From the NCBI GenBank assembly GCA_004764695.1, contig SMSO01000035.1, forward strand, positions 496,001-560,000: 64,000 nucleotides of DNA, given 5' to 3'. Of the stretch, positions 35,169 through 46,145 are shown one piece after another. Source of the stretch: Schizochytrium sp. TIO01 (Eukaryota > Protista > Bigyra: Labyrinthulomycetes). The position numbers and the translations under genes are program-made. How positions within the stretch are numbered: position 1 is the first letter of the stretch; every line of letters starts with the position of its first letter. A model generated the notes under the pieces. It saw only the letters and a program-made list of their open reading frames with translations. It was not told the origin of the DNA and made no database searches.

Positions 35169-36829
35169 ATGAACCTTGAAGAAGCAGCAGCGGAGCCACT
35201 ACCTGCTTTGAGCGATGCAGAACAGTACAGGACCTCGTCGCTCGAGCTTTCGGACTTGGCTGAAAGTATTAGAGTTCGACAGGAACAAATCCACAAAGTT
35301 TTAGAAAGTGAGGGCCAAGATGGAGAAAGTACATTTAGCAAGCTGTTTGGGATGTACCTCGAGCGTAGAAACCTTATTTTTGGCCAAGTCTCATTGGCAG
35401 AGAGCGGCAAGGAGGCACATCAGTTCATTAACGAAAGACAAATGCAAAAACAAGATGAGGTTTCTCCAGTAGCCCAGATCTCCGAACTAGGTCATGCGAT
35501 GAAAAAAACAATGCGACAATCTTTAGCTCGCCGGTTGTCAGGAGAAATGTATAAAACGTCTGAGCAAAGCGAATCTTATCATCAATCAGTCATTGATCGC
35601 AGGCATGAGCAGAGAGATAGGAAAGATGCCAGAAACGTTGATGAAGAAGAACCAGTTTGGCAACCATCTCATTATCATCAATCACAACACCAAGCTTATG
35701 GAAATGGACGCAAACACAGTCAGCGCCAAAGGCACTTTGCAGTAGATGACATTGAGGATAGCGAAGAAGACGAAGATAAAGTTGGAAAAACCTTAAGAGA
35801 TGCTCTTCAAAACGTACACAGATCTGGTGGGCACACATCCTGTAAAGGCTGCAAGTTTTGTGATGTTGTAGACAAACATATGGCCAAATGTAAACAAGAC
35901 CAAGAGGCGTTAGATCGGAAGGATGTAGAGCTTGCCCAGGAGCGACGATCCTCGCTATCAAGCTACCGTGCCTTAGGTGGACCTGCATGGACTCAGAAAA
36001 TTGAACGCAGAAGATCTTTTGATGGTAGTATCATCAACTGCGATATCGCAAGAGCTCAATCAGTAGCCTCAATCGATTACCTTGCCAACGATAGGCATGC
36101 AATACGCGTCGAACCCTCAACTAAGCGTCATAGCGTCCACTCCCCTCAAGGTCTTCATGAATTTGACTCAAGCACGAGTCATCATCCAAGGTTTACACCA
36201 GAGAGCCACCGGACGCGCCCACGAACGTCTTCTTCTATAGGTACAAGCTCAACGCGAAGGCGAGAGAATTACAGCACAATACCTGGCACGAGCAATGTAA
36301 CTCCTGCAGCTTCGTCGAGAAGAGATCGAGAGAGTCACGCGTATAAAAAGACCAGTAGCAAAAATAGCAACGACAATCATAGTAGTATTAGTAGCAGTAA
36401 AAGCAGCAGAACCAGCAGCAGAAACGGTAGCAGCAGCAGCAGCACCGCCGCCGCCGCCGCCACCACCACCACCACCACCACCACAACAACAACAACAACA
36501 ACAACAACAATAACAACAACGACAACAACAATAATAGTAACAGCAAGAATAGTAGCAAGAGCAATAATCATGATACTTTCTTGCCAAGCAAGCATGAGAA
36601 AGCGTCGAGACGAAAATCCTTGCCGGATCAAAAATCTTCATCAATATATCGCGCTGGAAGACATAGACCAGGAGAAATGTACCATGTGGATGATGATCCT
36701 TTAATGGTTGAGTGCGTTGAGTGCCACAGATGGGTCAAAGCCTCAACGCACGAAAACAACCTTGCAATTGGATACTGTTGTTCCAATGTGCTAATTTCTC
36801 GTATAGATGTAACACCTAGAGCTCGTTAA
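35169..36829 (+). CDS. Hypothetical low-complexity protein, apparently frameshifted within a trinucleotide tract; Cys-rich C-terminus
   Basis: The first ATG in the long ORF is at 35169. After the AGC/GCC/ACC/AAC tract (36430-36540) the protein-like sequence continues in the frame of ORF 36581-36829 (ECVECHRWV...YCCS). Confidence 0.6.
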
Positions 36830-38057
36830 GCAAACTCTCCCTTGTGAAAAAAACGTGTTTGCAAGTACATTTCGTGTGCCTCCTCTGTATAAACATAAAA
36901 ACATTGTTATGACTATAAAGTCCTCACCACGAACTCTTCATCGACCTTGGTCCGTTTGTTTGCGTCTTAAATCAGTAGAATAGACGAATTGTGGTACAAG
37001 TTACTCACCCCCATAACAATGTATTGATCACTTGAAAAACCGAACGATTGATTCTATTTCGTGAGCAATAAGCTAACCAATTCAAAGTGATCGCACTACC
37101 ACCTGCAGTCATTGCAGCCCAGTTCACAATCTCTATAAGTACAATTTGCAAGGACATCTTTTCCACCTTCAGACATTCTGTCTTCTTTTATTCTACATGG
37201 CTCAGGCTTTTGTTAAAAAAAAAAAATTAAAAAATACCGCCTAATCTATAAGGAAATAAATCCCAAGTCTTCCTAAGTGTCCTCGCCGACCGTGACATTT
37301 TCGACTTGTGCTGATCAATTCGTTCCCAGGCTACAATGGTCTAGGTACCTCAGCTCGGTACCTCTAGAGTTACAATTTGTGCTACTAATCACACGCAGTA
37401 GTAAGCAGAAGAGAGTCAGCGGAGAGAAGGCCTTTCTCCTTTTCTCGCTGTACTACTGTTATATGAATAAACATTAGAAGAGCGAAGTAAAGTGCGGCGC
37501 GAAGAAGCGCCGGAATCCTGCGTCAGCGACGCCTTCGCTGAGACGGTCAAAGCACGAAAGCCGCAGAGACTCGGCTCCAGACAGGCTCCAACAGTGGCTG
37601 CGAAGCGGACTCGCGCCGAAGTCTCAATCTGGTCCAGGCGAGAGTTTTAGGCTCTGTCCTGTGTTCTCTTGTCCTTAACAGCGGGAGCACTCAATACCTG
37701 ACAGCGCCTTTGGCAGAGGCGTCTGACTATCTTGAAGGCAATCGACTGTGATTGAGGCCTTCGTTTTTCGTTACTGTCTCTTCATTCTCTATCATCTTAA
37801 TTCAATTGCTTTCTGACCCTTGTTACAGGCTTAGTTCTCGTTTGAACTCGATCCAACTTATAGTTGGGGAGATCTATTGATTGATCTGACCAAGGAGGCA
37901 ACTTCTTGTTCGGATTTTGTTCTATTTGGGGTCTCGCAAGGTGGAGTGGATTACCTCTATCTTGATAAAACCTTTAGGCTAGTTTTAGGTCCTTGTGTAA
38001 ACCTGACCCAGTTTGATCTGATTTAATCTAGTCTTAATTCATCTCAGACTCAGCACC

Positions 38058-39764
38058 ATGGACTACTTTGACAAAGCTCGAGACCTGTATAACCAGGCCG
38101 TCAAGGCCGTCTCGAAGACAGAGACTGAGAAAAAGCTTGCGGAAGCTCTCTCGAATGCCAACTGGGGTGCATCCACAACTCTTTTGCGGGAGATTGCAAA
38201 CCTGACCTTTGATTACCAGGAGTACAGCGTCGTAATGCGTGAAGTTTGGCAAACTCTGCAGCAGCCTCCTCGGTACTGGAGACAGATCTTTAAGGCGCTG
38301 ACCTTGCTAGAATACCTCATCAAAAATGGCGCAGAGCGTGTGGTCCAGGAGGCCCAGGACCGTGTGCACATGGTACGGGCCCTCAGTGGTTTCAGCTTTT
38401 ACCACGAAGGCGGCGAGAAGGGTGCAGGTGTTCGCGAGAAGGCAAAAGCTCTTGGCGAGTTGCTTGCTGACAATGAGCGCATTAAAGAGGAGCGTGAGAA
38501 GGCTTCCGCTCTTCGCGACAAGTACACTGGAATTGGTCGTGATGGAATGACCCGACGCCCCACTAGTTCCATGGGCGGTATGGGAAGTGGATCTACCTTC
38601 CCGAGCAATGGCATGGGCTCTGGCGGTATTGGGCGCTATAACGATGACCCGGTTTCCAATGATTTTGGAGGGTCAGATGACGAGCTGAAGGAGAAGAAGA
38701 AGAAAAAGAAGAAAGACAAGAAGGACAAAAAGAAAAAGAAGGACAAACACCTCAGCGACGATGAGGATGAGGACGACGGAGACGATATGTTTGGACGCTT
38801 CGAGGATGAACCCAGCGGTCGTGCAAAAAGCGGATCCGTGCCCAAGGATGACGACTTTGGCGACTTTGGCGGCTTTGGTGGTGATGATAGCGGATTTGGC
38901 GACTTTGAGGAGGCTGGATCCAAGAAGAAAGACAAGAAGAAGAAGGAGAAGAAGAAGAAGAAGAAGTCGACCAGTGATGACGAAGAGGACCTCTTCGGCG
39001 ATTCTATTGGTGGACCGGAACTTAGCAGCAATGAGCAAACCTTTGACCCCTTTGGTGGTTCTGCAGCACCTGTTGCGGCTCCCGCGGCACCGAAGCCTCC
39101 CTCTGTCAGCGGTGGTGATGACGACTTTGGCTTTGGTGCCTTCGAAGGACCTTCCTCGCAAACGCAGTCTTTTGCTCCCACAAAACAGGCTCAGACTTCC
39201 GACGATCCTTTTGCCAGCTTTAGCGCCCCTGCTCCGCGAATGCAGCCTGTGCAGCAAATGCAAATGCAGCCCAACCAGGGTGCTGCGATGGGCTTTTTCG
39301 GAAACCCCGCGCAGTCCATGCCACCAATGTCCGCGCCGCAACAGTACCAGCAGGGAGGCCAGATGCAGTATGGGATGCCCCAACAGCAGTCGCAGGTTGG
39401 TCGACCTATGCCGATGATGCAACCGCAGCAGCCGCAGCATAACCCTTCTTCCTCATCGAACAATGGCAGCAGCTCAGACCCATGGGCTGGCCTCGTAAAT
39501 CTTGGAAACCTGTCGCTCAACGATGGAAATAAAACTGGAGGAGCAAACAAAGGTGCGGCGCGGCGCTTATCTTCAACGAGCACGACGTCCAACTCAAGTT
39601 TTGGAATGATGGGTGGACAGTCTCACATGCAGCAACCTCAACAGCCTATGATGATGCAGCCGCAACAGCAACAGCAACAATTTTTCCATCAGCAGCAGCA
39701 GCAACAACAGCATCCGCCACAGCAGCAACAGCAGCAAAAGGACGACTTTGATCTTCTGTTCTAG
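38058..39764 (+). CDS. ENTH-domain epsin (epsinR/CLINT1-like) clathrin adaptor
   Basis: ENTH: ALSNANWGAS...WRQIFKALTLLEYLIKNGAERVV...G.GVREKAK. The disordered tail has DFGDF, DLF, DPF and DPW motifs. Confidence 0.92.
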   Translation: MDYFDKARDLYNQAVKAVSKTETEKKLAEALSNANWGASTTLLREIANLTFDYQEYSVVMREVWQTLQQPPRYWRQIFKALTLLEYLIKNGAERVVQEAQDRVHMVRALSGFSFYHEGGEKGAGVREKAKALGELLADNERIKEEREKASALRDKYTGIGRDGMTRRPTSSMGGMGSGSTFPSNGMGSGGIGRYNDDPVSNDFGGSDDELKEKKKKKKKDKKDKKKKKDKHLSDDEDEDDGDDMFGRFEDEPSGRAKSGSVPKDDDFGDFGGFGGDDSGFGDFEEAGSKKKDKKKKEKKKKKKSTSDDEEDLFGDSIGGPELSSNEQTFDPFGGSAAPVAAPAAPKPPSVSGGDDDFGFGAFEGPSSQTQSFAPTKQAQTSDDPFASFSAPAPRMQPVQQMQMQPNQGAAMGFFGNPAQSMPPMSAPQQYQQGGQMQYGMPQQQSQVGRPMPMMQPQQPQHNPSSSSNNGSSSDPWAGLVNLGNLSLNDGNKTGGANKGAARRLSSTSTTSNSSFGMMGGQSHMQQPQQPMMMQPQQQQQQFFHQQQQQQQHPPQQQQQQKDDFDLLF

Positions 39765-41265
39765 AATAAATGCACATTTGCCCAGCAGCTTGTGTAGAAC
39801 TATCATCGAAGCTTCTGTGGTACACAAACATTTAAAGAAAGAGTGACAGTGATGCGCTTTAATATGGCTATGTCGGCCTATTCAAAATCAAATTATACCT
39901 CGACGCACACGCAGTTCACACACATCACTAGTACCTCGCCTTCCTTACTCTAGATTTTTCAATGTATGCAGTCTAACCCAACAACCAGCATTGCCTGCCT
40001 CTTTCTTCTCCTTGCCTATAACTACAATATCTCGCTTTCCACCATCGGAAATAAATGATTGAAGGCTTCGGTTCGCTTTGTAGTTTAAAAGAATTGGAGA
40101 AGGTCTTGCCACTGAGTAATTCCAACTTTGCATTTAGGGTCTTGCCCATAAGTAGTTTGTTTGCAATTCATAAACTTAGGAGTAGTGCATTTCTTGAGTT
40201 CAAAGACCCAGCGTAGATTTTACTGTGACAGTTTTTATACTCCATAGCTTTATACATAGATACGTAGCTACAGAGTCTTTGCATTGTGTCTTTTCCTTAA
40301 GAACGGAAAGCAAACAAACGTATCGTGCTACGATGGTACACAATAGATACCTTCTTTTCAGCAATGCAATTGATTTACTGTCCATGACGTAATAATTTCT
40401 CCCTATTTCCGTCCCATGAAATGGGTGTTTTACGATCCAATGCATTGCATCATCTAAAATGTATGTCTCCTTTGGTTTGCTGATGTTCTCACAATCGTAC
40501 CGCAGAATTATAAAAGTAGGTAATAGGTATCCCGCCTATCTACGATTAAGCACAATCGTAAAGATAATCAACGCTTGTTTTATTCCTTTTGTTCCTTCTT
40601 TCTTTCTTCCTTCGTGGAGCCAGCTGGCACCTCTGATAGGCTCGAACTCCTGGAACCTTGGGAACGGCCACGTAATAGAAATTCGATCATTCACCTTCTT
40701 CATCCTTCTCTAACCTTCCTCTAAAAAAATTATTATTTTAGAGAGATAAGGATCAATGATTAATCATTCTTTTTAAATATCATGCTAAGTAGCGTAATGA
40801 TTTTATACTGTATTTTGTGAGATACCGTGTAATGGGTTATAGCTGGTTTGCTCTATTTTGCGTTTGAACAGTTGTTTTGATTTGAAAAATTATTGTTTTA
40901 TTTTATGCAGGTTGTCAGCAGCATTGACGAATCTATCCTTCGCGGCGGTTGACCGTGGCGACGGAGCTATTCTCCCTCCCCGGCTGAGAACGGTCGGAGG
41001 TAAACCCCACGAGGGTTAGAGACGCCAGCTTCCTCTTTATTACCAGCCGCAGCAGTAGCAGCAGCAGCCACTTTGGCAGCACGCTTGCTGTTCTTGCTGC
41101 TAGTGCTCCACATCTGACGTGGAGCAAGTCAGCCTCGATCAAGCTTTCATCCCCTTTCTCTGATAGCACAGTATTGGAGGGTAGAAGACTTCGCTTCCTG
41201 CGTAGTCTCCTTCTCTTCTGTATCCGTCTTGCACCACGTCTTCATCTTCTTCATCGGAGGCAAAG

Positions 41266-44200
41266 ATGTTGACCAAGTTTGAGTCCAAGAGTCCTCGCGT
41301 GAAGGGTCTCGCCTTCCACCCCACGCGCCCCTTTATCTTGGCATCTTTGCACAATGGTGTGATCCAGCTATGGGATTACAAGATGGGCACTTTGCTGGAG
41401 CGCTACGAGGACCATGACGGTCCTGTTCGTGGCATTGACTTTCACCCTTCTCAGAACCTCTTCTGCTCCGGTGGTGATGACTACAAGCTCAAGGTGTGGC
41501 GCCTTCAACGTGGAGGCGGAGGGTCGCGACCTCTATTCAACTTGCTGGGTCATTTGGACTATATTCGCACAACCAAGTTCCATCACGAGTATCCGTGGAT
41601 CGTATCTGCGTCTGATGACCAGACCATCCGCATTTGGAACTGGCAGAGCCGCAGCAGTATCTCCGTACTGACCGGGCACAACCACTACGTCATGTGCGCA
41701 GAGTTTCATCCTAAGGATGACCTCGTGGTCTCAGCCTCCTTGGATCAGACCGTACGCGTGTGGGATACCTCCGGGCTGCGTAAGAAGACCGTGCGTGGAG
41801 CTCCCGCGGATCACGACCTTCAGAGCAACAACGCTGTCATCTCGCGCGTTAACGCTGACCTCTTTGGCGGTACTGATGCCATCGTCAAGTATGTGCTCGA
41901 AGGTCATGACCGCGGCGTGAACTGGGCTTCGTTCCACCACACGTTGCCGCTTATCATCTCAGGTGCTGATGACCGCCAGATCAAACTCTGGCGCATGAAC
42001 GAGACCAAGGCTTGGGAGGTTGACGCCATGCGTGGCCACACCAACAACGTCTCATGTGTCATCTTCCACCCTAAGGCGGAGCTCCTTGTCTCTAACTCGG
42101 AGGATCGCTCCATCCGTGTCTGGGATATCAGCCGCCGCCAGGGCGTGCAAACTTTCCGCCGTGAGCATGACCGTTTCTGGATCCTCGCCGCCCACCCTGA
42201 GCAGAACCTGCTGGCAGCAGGTCACGACTCGGGTATGATTGTTTTTAAGCTCGAACGTGAGAGACCCGCCTATGATACCCAGGCTAACAACACTGAGTTG
42301 TACTACGTCAAGGACCGCTACTTGCGGCGCTATGAGTATGGCTCGAGCGAGGACTCTGTTCAGGTTTCACTGCGCAGAGGATCAGGAACATCAACTGCTG
42401 GAGGCAGCATCGGCACGGCACCAAGGAACCTTGTGATGAACGCACACAACCCCGCGGAAATTAATATTCTCGTGCTTTCTGACGTGGATGGAGGCACATA
42501 CGAACTTGTCTCCTTGCCTAAGAGCAGCTCCGGAGGCGGCGCTGTCGCCACTGAGGTCCCGGACTCAAAGCGGGGACAGGCTCTTGGCGTAGCCTTTGTG
42601 GCAAGGAACAGGTTTGCAGTGCTTGACCGCAGCAGACAGATCCTTATCAAGAACCTTCGCAACGAGGTTGGTAAGAAGTTCCCAGCGCCGTATCCGACCA
42701 CTGACGGAATGTTTGCAGCAGGAACTGCTGGTCGTGTGCTGCTGAGATCAGAGGACCGCATTTCTCTCTTTGACACGCAGGCCAGACGCGTGCTTGGCGA
42801 AGTGGTTGTACCTATGGTTCGCCACGTGGTATGGAACAAGGACGGCTCTATGGTGGCACTGCTGTGCAAACACGCTGTGGTAATCTGCAATAAGCAGCTC
42901 GAGCAGCAATGTACGGTACCAGAGTCCGTGCGTGTCAAGTCCGGTGCGTGGGGTCCGCACGGTATCTTTGTGTACACGACCCTCAACCACATCAAGTACT
43001 GCATTCCTAACGGAGATACTGGTGTGATTCGCACGCTTGATCTTCCTGTGTACATCACTCGCGTGACCAAGGACACATTGTACTGCCTTGACCGCGAGTG
43101 TAAGGTACGCAAGATCTCCATCGATACGACTGAGTGCCTCTTCAAGATCGCTCTCATGCACAAGCAGTACGGAGAGGTTATTCGTATGATCCGCAATGCC
43201 AACCTCTGTGGACAAGCTATCATCGCCTACCTCCAGGCAAAGGGTTACCCGGAGGTAGCACTGCACTTCGTGGAGGATAAGAAGACGCGCTTCAACCTCG
43301 CCATTGAGTGCGGAAACCTTGAGGTAGCTATGACAGCTGCCCTCGAGGTTGATGACAAGGAGTGCTGGACACGCCTTGGCATTGAGGCACTCCGTCAGGG
43401 TAACCAGAAGATTGTCGAGATGGCCTACCAGCGCACTAAGGACTTCGAGCGTCTGAGCTTCCTCTATCTTATCACAGGTAACAACGACAAGCTCCGCAAG
43501 ATGCTCAAGATTGCAGAGATGCGTGGGGACGTCATGTCTCGTTTTCACAATGCACTCTATCTTGGTGATGCAGCCGAACGTGTCAAGGTGCTCGAGGAAG
43601 TTGGCCAGCTCTCTCTCGCCTACGTTGCTGCTGTTACCCATGGACTCAGCGAAGAGGCAGAGCGTCTTCAGGCGCTCCTCATTGAGGCAGAGGTTCCAGT
43701 GCCGCAGGTTGAAGCTGGGGCCTCGGAGGCCGCTCTGCTGATGCCACCGAACCCGATCTATCGCGATGCCAACGAGAACTGGCCTTTGCTCGAGGTCTCC
43801 AAGTCCATTATCTCGCAGGCTCTCCAGGATGGTGTCATTCCTGATGGAGCAGACCTCAGTGCCTACAATGAGACCGTAGACGAGTCTCAGGGACACGAGG
43901 TCACCGACGATGGCTTCGCTGATGACTTCAACGATGATGATGACATTGGCGTCAGCTCAGGGTTTCCTGGTGCTGAAGATGATCTTGACATGGGCGCCGG
44001 CGCAGGTGCTGCTTGGGGAGGTGACGATGATGACCTTGACATTGAGTTTGACGATGACATGGGAATGGGCGGAGAGGCCGATGCTGACCTTGATGTTGGC
44101 GTTGGAGAGAGCGTCGGTGGAGTTTTCGTGGCACCGACCGCTGGCCAAGACCGCGCAGCATGCTGGGTCCAAAATTCATCGCTCGCTGCAGACCATGTGG

Positions 44201-45075
44201 CAGCTGGATCCTTTGCAAAGGCCATGCAGCTGTTGAATCGCCAGATTGGACTCGTCAACTTCGCCCCTATGGAGGAGATGATGGAGGAGGTCTTCCTTGG
44301 ATCCCGCTGTGTTGTTCCCGGTCTCCCGGGAACCCGTTCTATCCCTACTCTCATGCAGCGTAACGATAAGGAGGGCAACCCGGGTGCCAAAACCCTTCCT
44401 GAGGTCTGTGTTAAGCTTCCCCTCTTGGTTGACAAGCTTCGCCTTGCGTACCGCTACTTTCAGGAGGGCAAGTTTAGCGACGCACTCAACTGCTTCCGTG
44501 AGATTCTTCTTGGAATCCCTTTGCTCGTTGTTCCTGGACGCGAGGTTCCTGAAGTCAAGGAGCTTCTTGGCATTTGCCGCGAATACATCACCGGCATCCT
44601 CATCGAGCTTGAACGGCGGGAAACCGAGGACCCGATTCGTCAGGCGGAGCTTGCCGCTTATTTCACGCGATGCACCCTGCAGCCGACGCACATGATTCTT
44701 GTTCTTAACTTGGCCATGACTCGAGCCTTCAAACTCAAGAACTTTATCACCGCCGCATCTTTTGCACAGCGCTTGCTCAATATGCCAGAAATCAACAGCC
44801 CTACCCAGTCCTCTCTCAAGACCAAGGCCACCAAGGTTCTCCGTGCTTCTGAGCAGCACGGTCGTAACGAGGTCAAGTTGAACTATGAAGAGAACGGCCA
44901 ATTCAACATTTGCTCACAGACCAACACCCCCATCGCTGATACCACTGATCTGATTAAGTGTCCATTCTGTGGTGCTGCCTCCAAACGTAGCGAAGCCAAC
45001 AAGCTCTGTAAAATCTGCACTTTGTCCCCCATGGGTGTTGAGACCTTGGGTCTTGTTTCGTCCACCGACCGATAG
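41266..45075 (+). CDS. COPA: Coatomer subunit alpha (alpha-COP)
   Basis: Starts MLTKFESKSPRVKGLAFHP; WD40 repeats; EALRQGN...YQRTKDFERLSFLYLITGN; C-terminal CPFCGA...CKIC. Confidence 0.98.
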   Translation: MLTKFESKSPRVKGLAFHPTRPFILASLHNGVIQLWDYKMGTLLERYEDHDGPVRGIDFHPSQNLFCSGGDDYKLKVWRLQRGGGGSRPLFNLLGHLDYIRTTKFHHEYPWIVSASDDQTIRIWNWQSRSSISVLTGHNHYVMCAEFHPKDDLVVSASLDQTVRVWDTSGLRKKTVRGAPADHDLQSNNAVISRVNADLFGGTDAIVKYVLEGHDRGVNWASFHHTLPLIISGADDRQIKLWRMNETKAWEVDAMRGHTNNVSCVIFHPKAELLVSNSEDRSIRVWDISRRQGVQTFRREHDRFWILAAHPEQNLLAAGHDSGMIVFKLERERPAYDTQANNTELYYVKDRYLRRYEYGSSEDSVQVSLRRGSGTSTAGGSIGTAPRNLVMNAHNPAEINILVLSDVDGGTYELVSLPKSSSGGGAVATEVPDSKRGQALGVAFVARNRFAVLDRSRQILIKNLRNEVGKKFPAPYPTTDGMFAAGTAGRVLLRSEDRISLFDTQARRVLGEVVVPMVRHVVWNKDGSMVALLCKHAVVICNKQLEQQCTVPESVRVKSGAWGPHGIFVYTTLNHIKYCIPNGDTGVIRTLDLPVYITRVTKDTLYCLDRECKVRKISIDTTECLFKIALMHKQYGEVIRMIRNANLCGQAIIAYLQAKGYPEVALHFVEDKKTRFNLAIECGNLEVAMTAALEVDDKECWTRLGIEALRQGNQKIVEMAYQRTKDFERLSFLYLITGNNDKLRKMLKIAEMRGDVMSRFHNALYLGDAAERVKVLEEVGQLSLAYVAAVTHGLSEEAERLQALLIEAEVPVPQVEAGASEAALLMPPNPIYRDANENWPLLEVSKSIISQALQDGVIPDGADLSAYNETVDESQGHEVTDDGFADDFNDDDDIGVSSGFPGAEDDLDMGAGAGAAWGGDDDDLDIEFDDDMGMGGEADADLDVGVGESVGGVFVAPTAGQDRAACWVQNSSLAADHVAAGSFAKAMQLLNRQIGLVNFAPMEEMMEEVFLGSRCVVPGLPGTRSIPTLMQRNDKEGNPGAKTLPEVCVKLPLLVDKLRLAYRYFQEGKFSDALNCFREILLGIPLLVVPGREVPEVKELLGICREYITGILIELERRETEDPIRQAELAAYFTRCTLQPTHMILVLNLAMTRAFKLKNFITAASFAQRLLNMPEINSPTQSSLKTKATKVLRASEQHGRNEVKLNYEENGQFNICSQTNTPIADTTDLIKCPFCGAASKRSEANKLCKICTLSPMGVETLGLVSSTDR

Positions 45076-46145
45076 ATTTCTTCTTCTCTTTTTTTTTTTT
45101 AAACAAATAAGAAGCAAGTTCAACATTCTCAAAAAACTTTTTCAATTTACGTATCTTGCCAGCCTAATTCATCATCCCTTAAAATATCTTCAATCCTATT
45201 CCCCCCTCACGGTATATAGTTCATAAACGACGCATCAATGACATCAACAAATTCAAATGGAGATAATCAATTATGGTACAGGAAAAATGATTCATGTGGA
45301 TAGCAAGATTCTACATAACGAATGAGAGATTACAGCAGTGGCCATCTGTTATCTCATAAGTTTCGTTATCATTTACTACCCAGGCCGAGTCAAAATGAAA
45401 AGTAATCTCAACTTGTGAATCAGTCGCCCAGTTTAGGATAACGAGATTCAGAAAAGAAGGCGTTTGGTGCTTCGACACATAAATTATCATCTACTAGTCA
45501 TATAGACAAAGCAAGGAGGGAATCGATAGATAGCTGCAGCTAGCTATGTGCTGGATCATTCAAAAAGCAAAGACAAAAAAGGAGACAGAGGGGAGGGGAT
45601 TAGAAAAAGAAAAGGGAAGAAAAAAAGTCTCAAATGAAGTTATGTTGTATTTGGTTGTTCTTAGCTTCCTTTTGAATATATCAACATATCTCAGTCCCTC
45701 AGAACTTCTATGGCATCTCAAGATCTTGGACGACGCCATTCTCTTTATAATCCTTTGATTGGCGATCTCAGCAACGAGCCATCTCAAGAACTTGATATAT
45801 TCATTGTTTTGTTTCGTACATAATCAAAATAACAGAGAAAGGAAGCATTTGTAACTTTCGAATACGAAAGGATCCAGCAGGGAACTCATCAACATTCCCA
45901 AGGGGGGGGGGGGTCATGTTATTGCTAAATCACGTCAAATATTTGTTGCTTTGCAATTTATTGCAAAACAAACTTGTTGGGTAATTGAATCGTTTGAGGT
46001 TGTTTGCCATTAAATTAAAAAAAAAAAGAAGCCCCAAACTGCACCTGTGGCCAAGTGTGTAAGCATGGCTGGATATTATTAAACAGGAAAACTTTGAGAA
46101 GACATTTTACCATCTTCATTTTAGTATGGATGAGTCGTTATTTAT

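Noticed and set aside
41414-44901. Long antisense and alternative-frame ORFs over COPA (e.g. 42748-43896, 382 aa)
   Set aside because: Shadow ORFs caused by the biased codon usage of a conserved gene; they have no motifs. The same applies to those over epsin, CLASP and the MFS gene.
38058-45075. Epsin-COPA adjacency as a trafficking gene cluster
   Set aside because: They act in different coat pathways, and adjacency of two housekeeping genes is unremarkable without synteny evidence.
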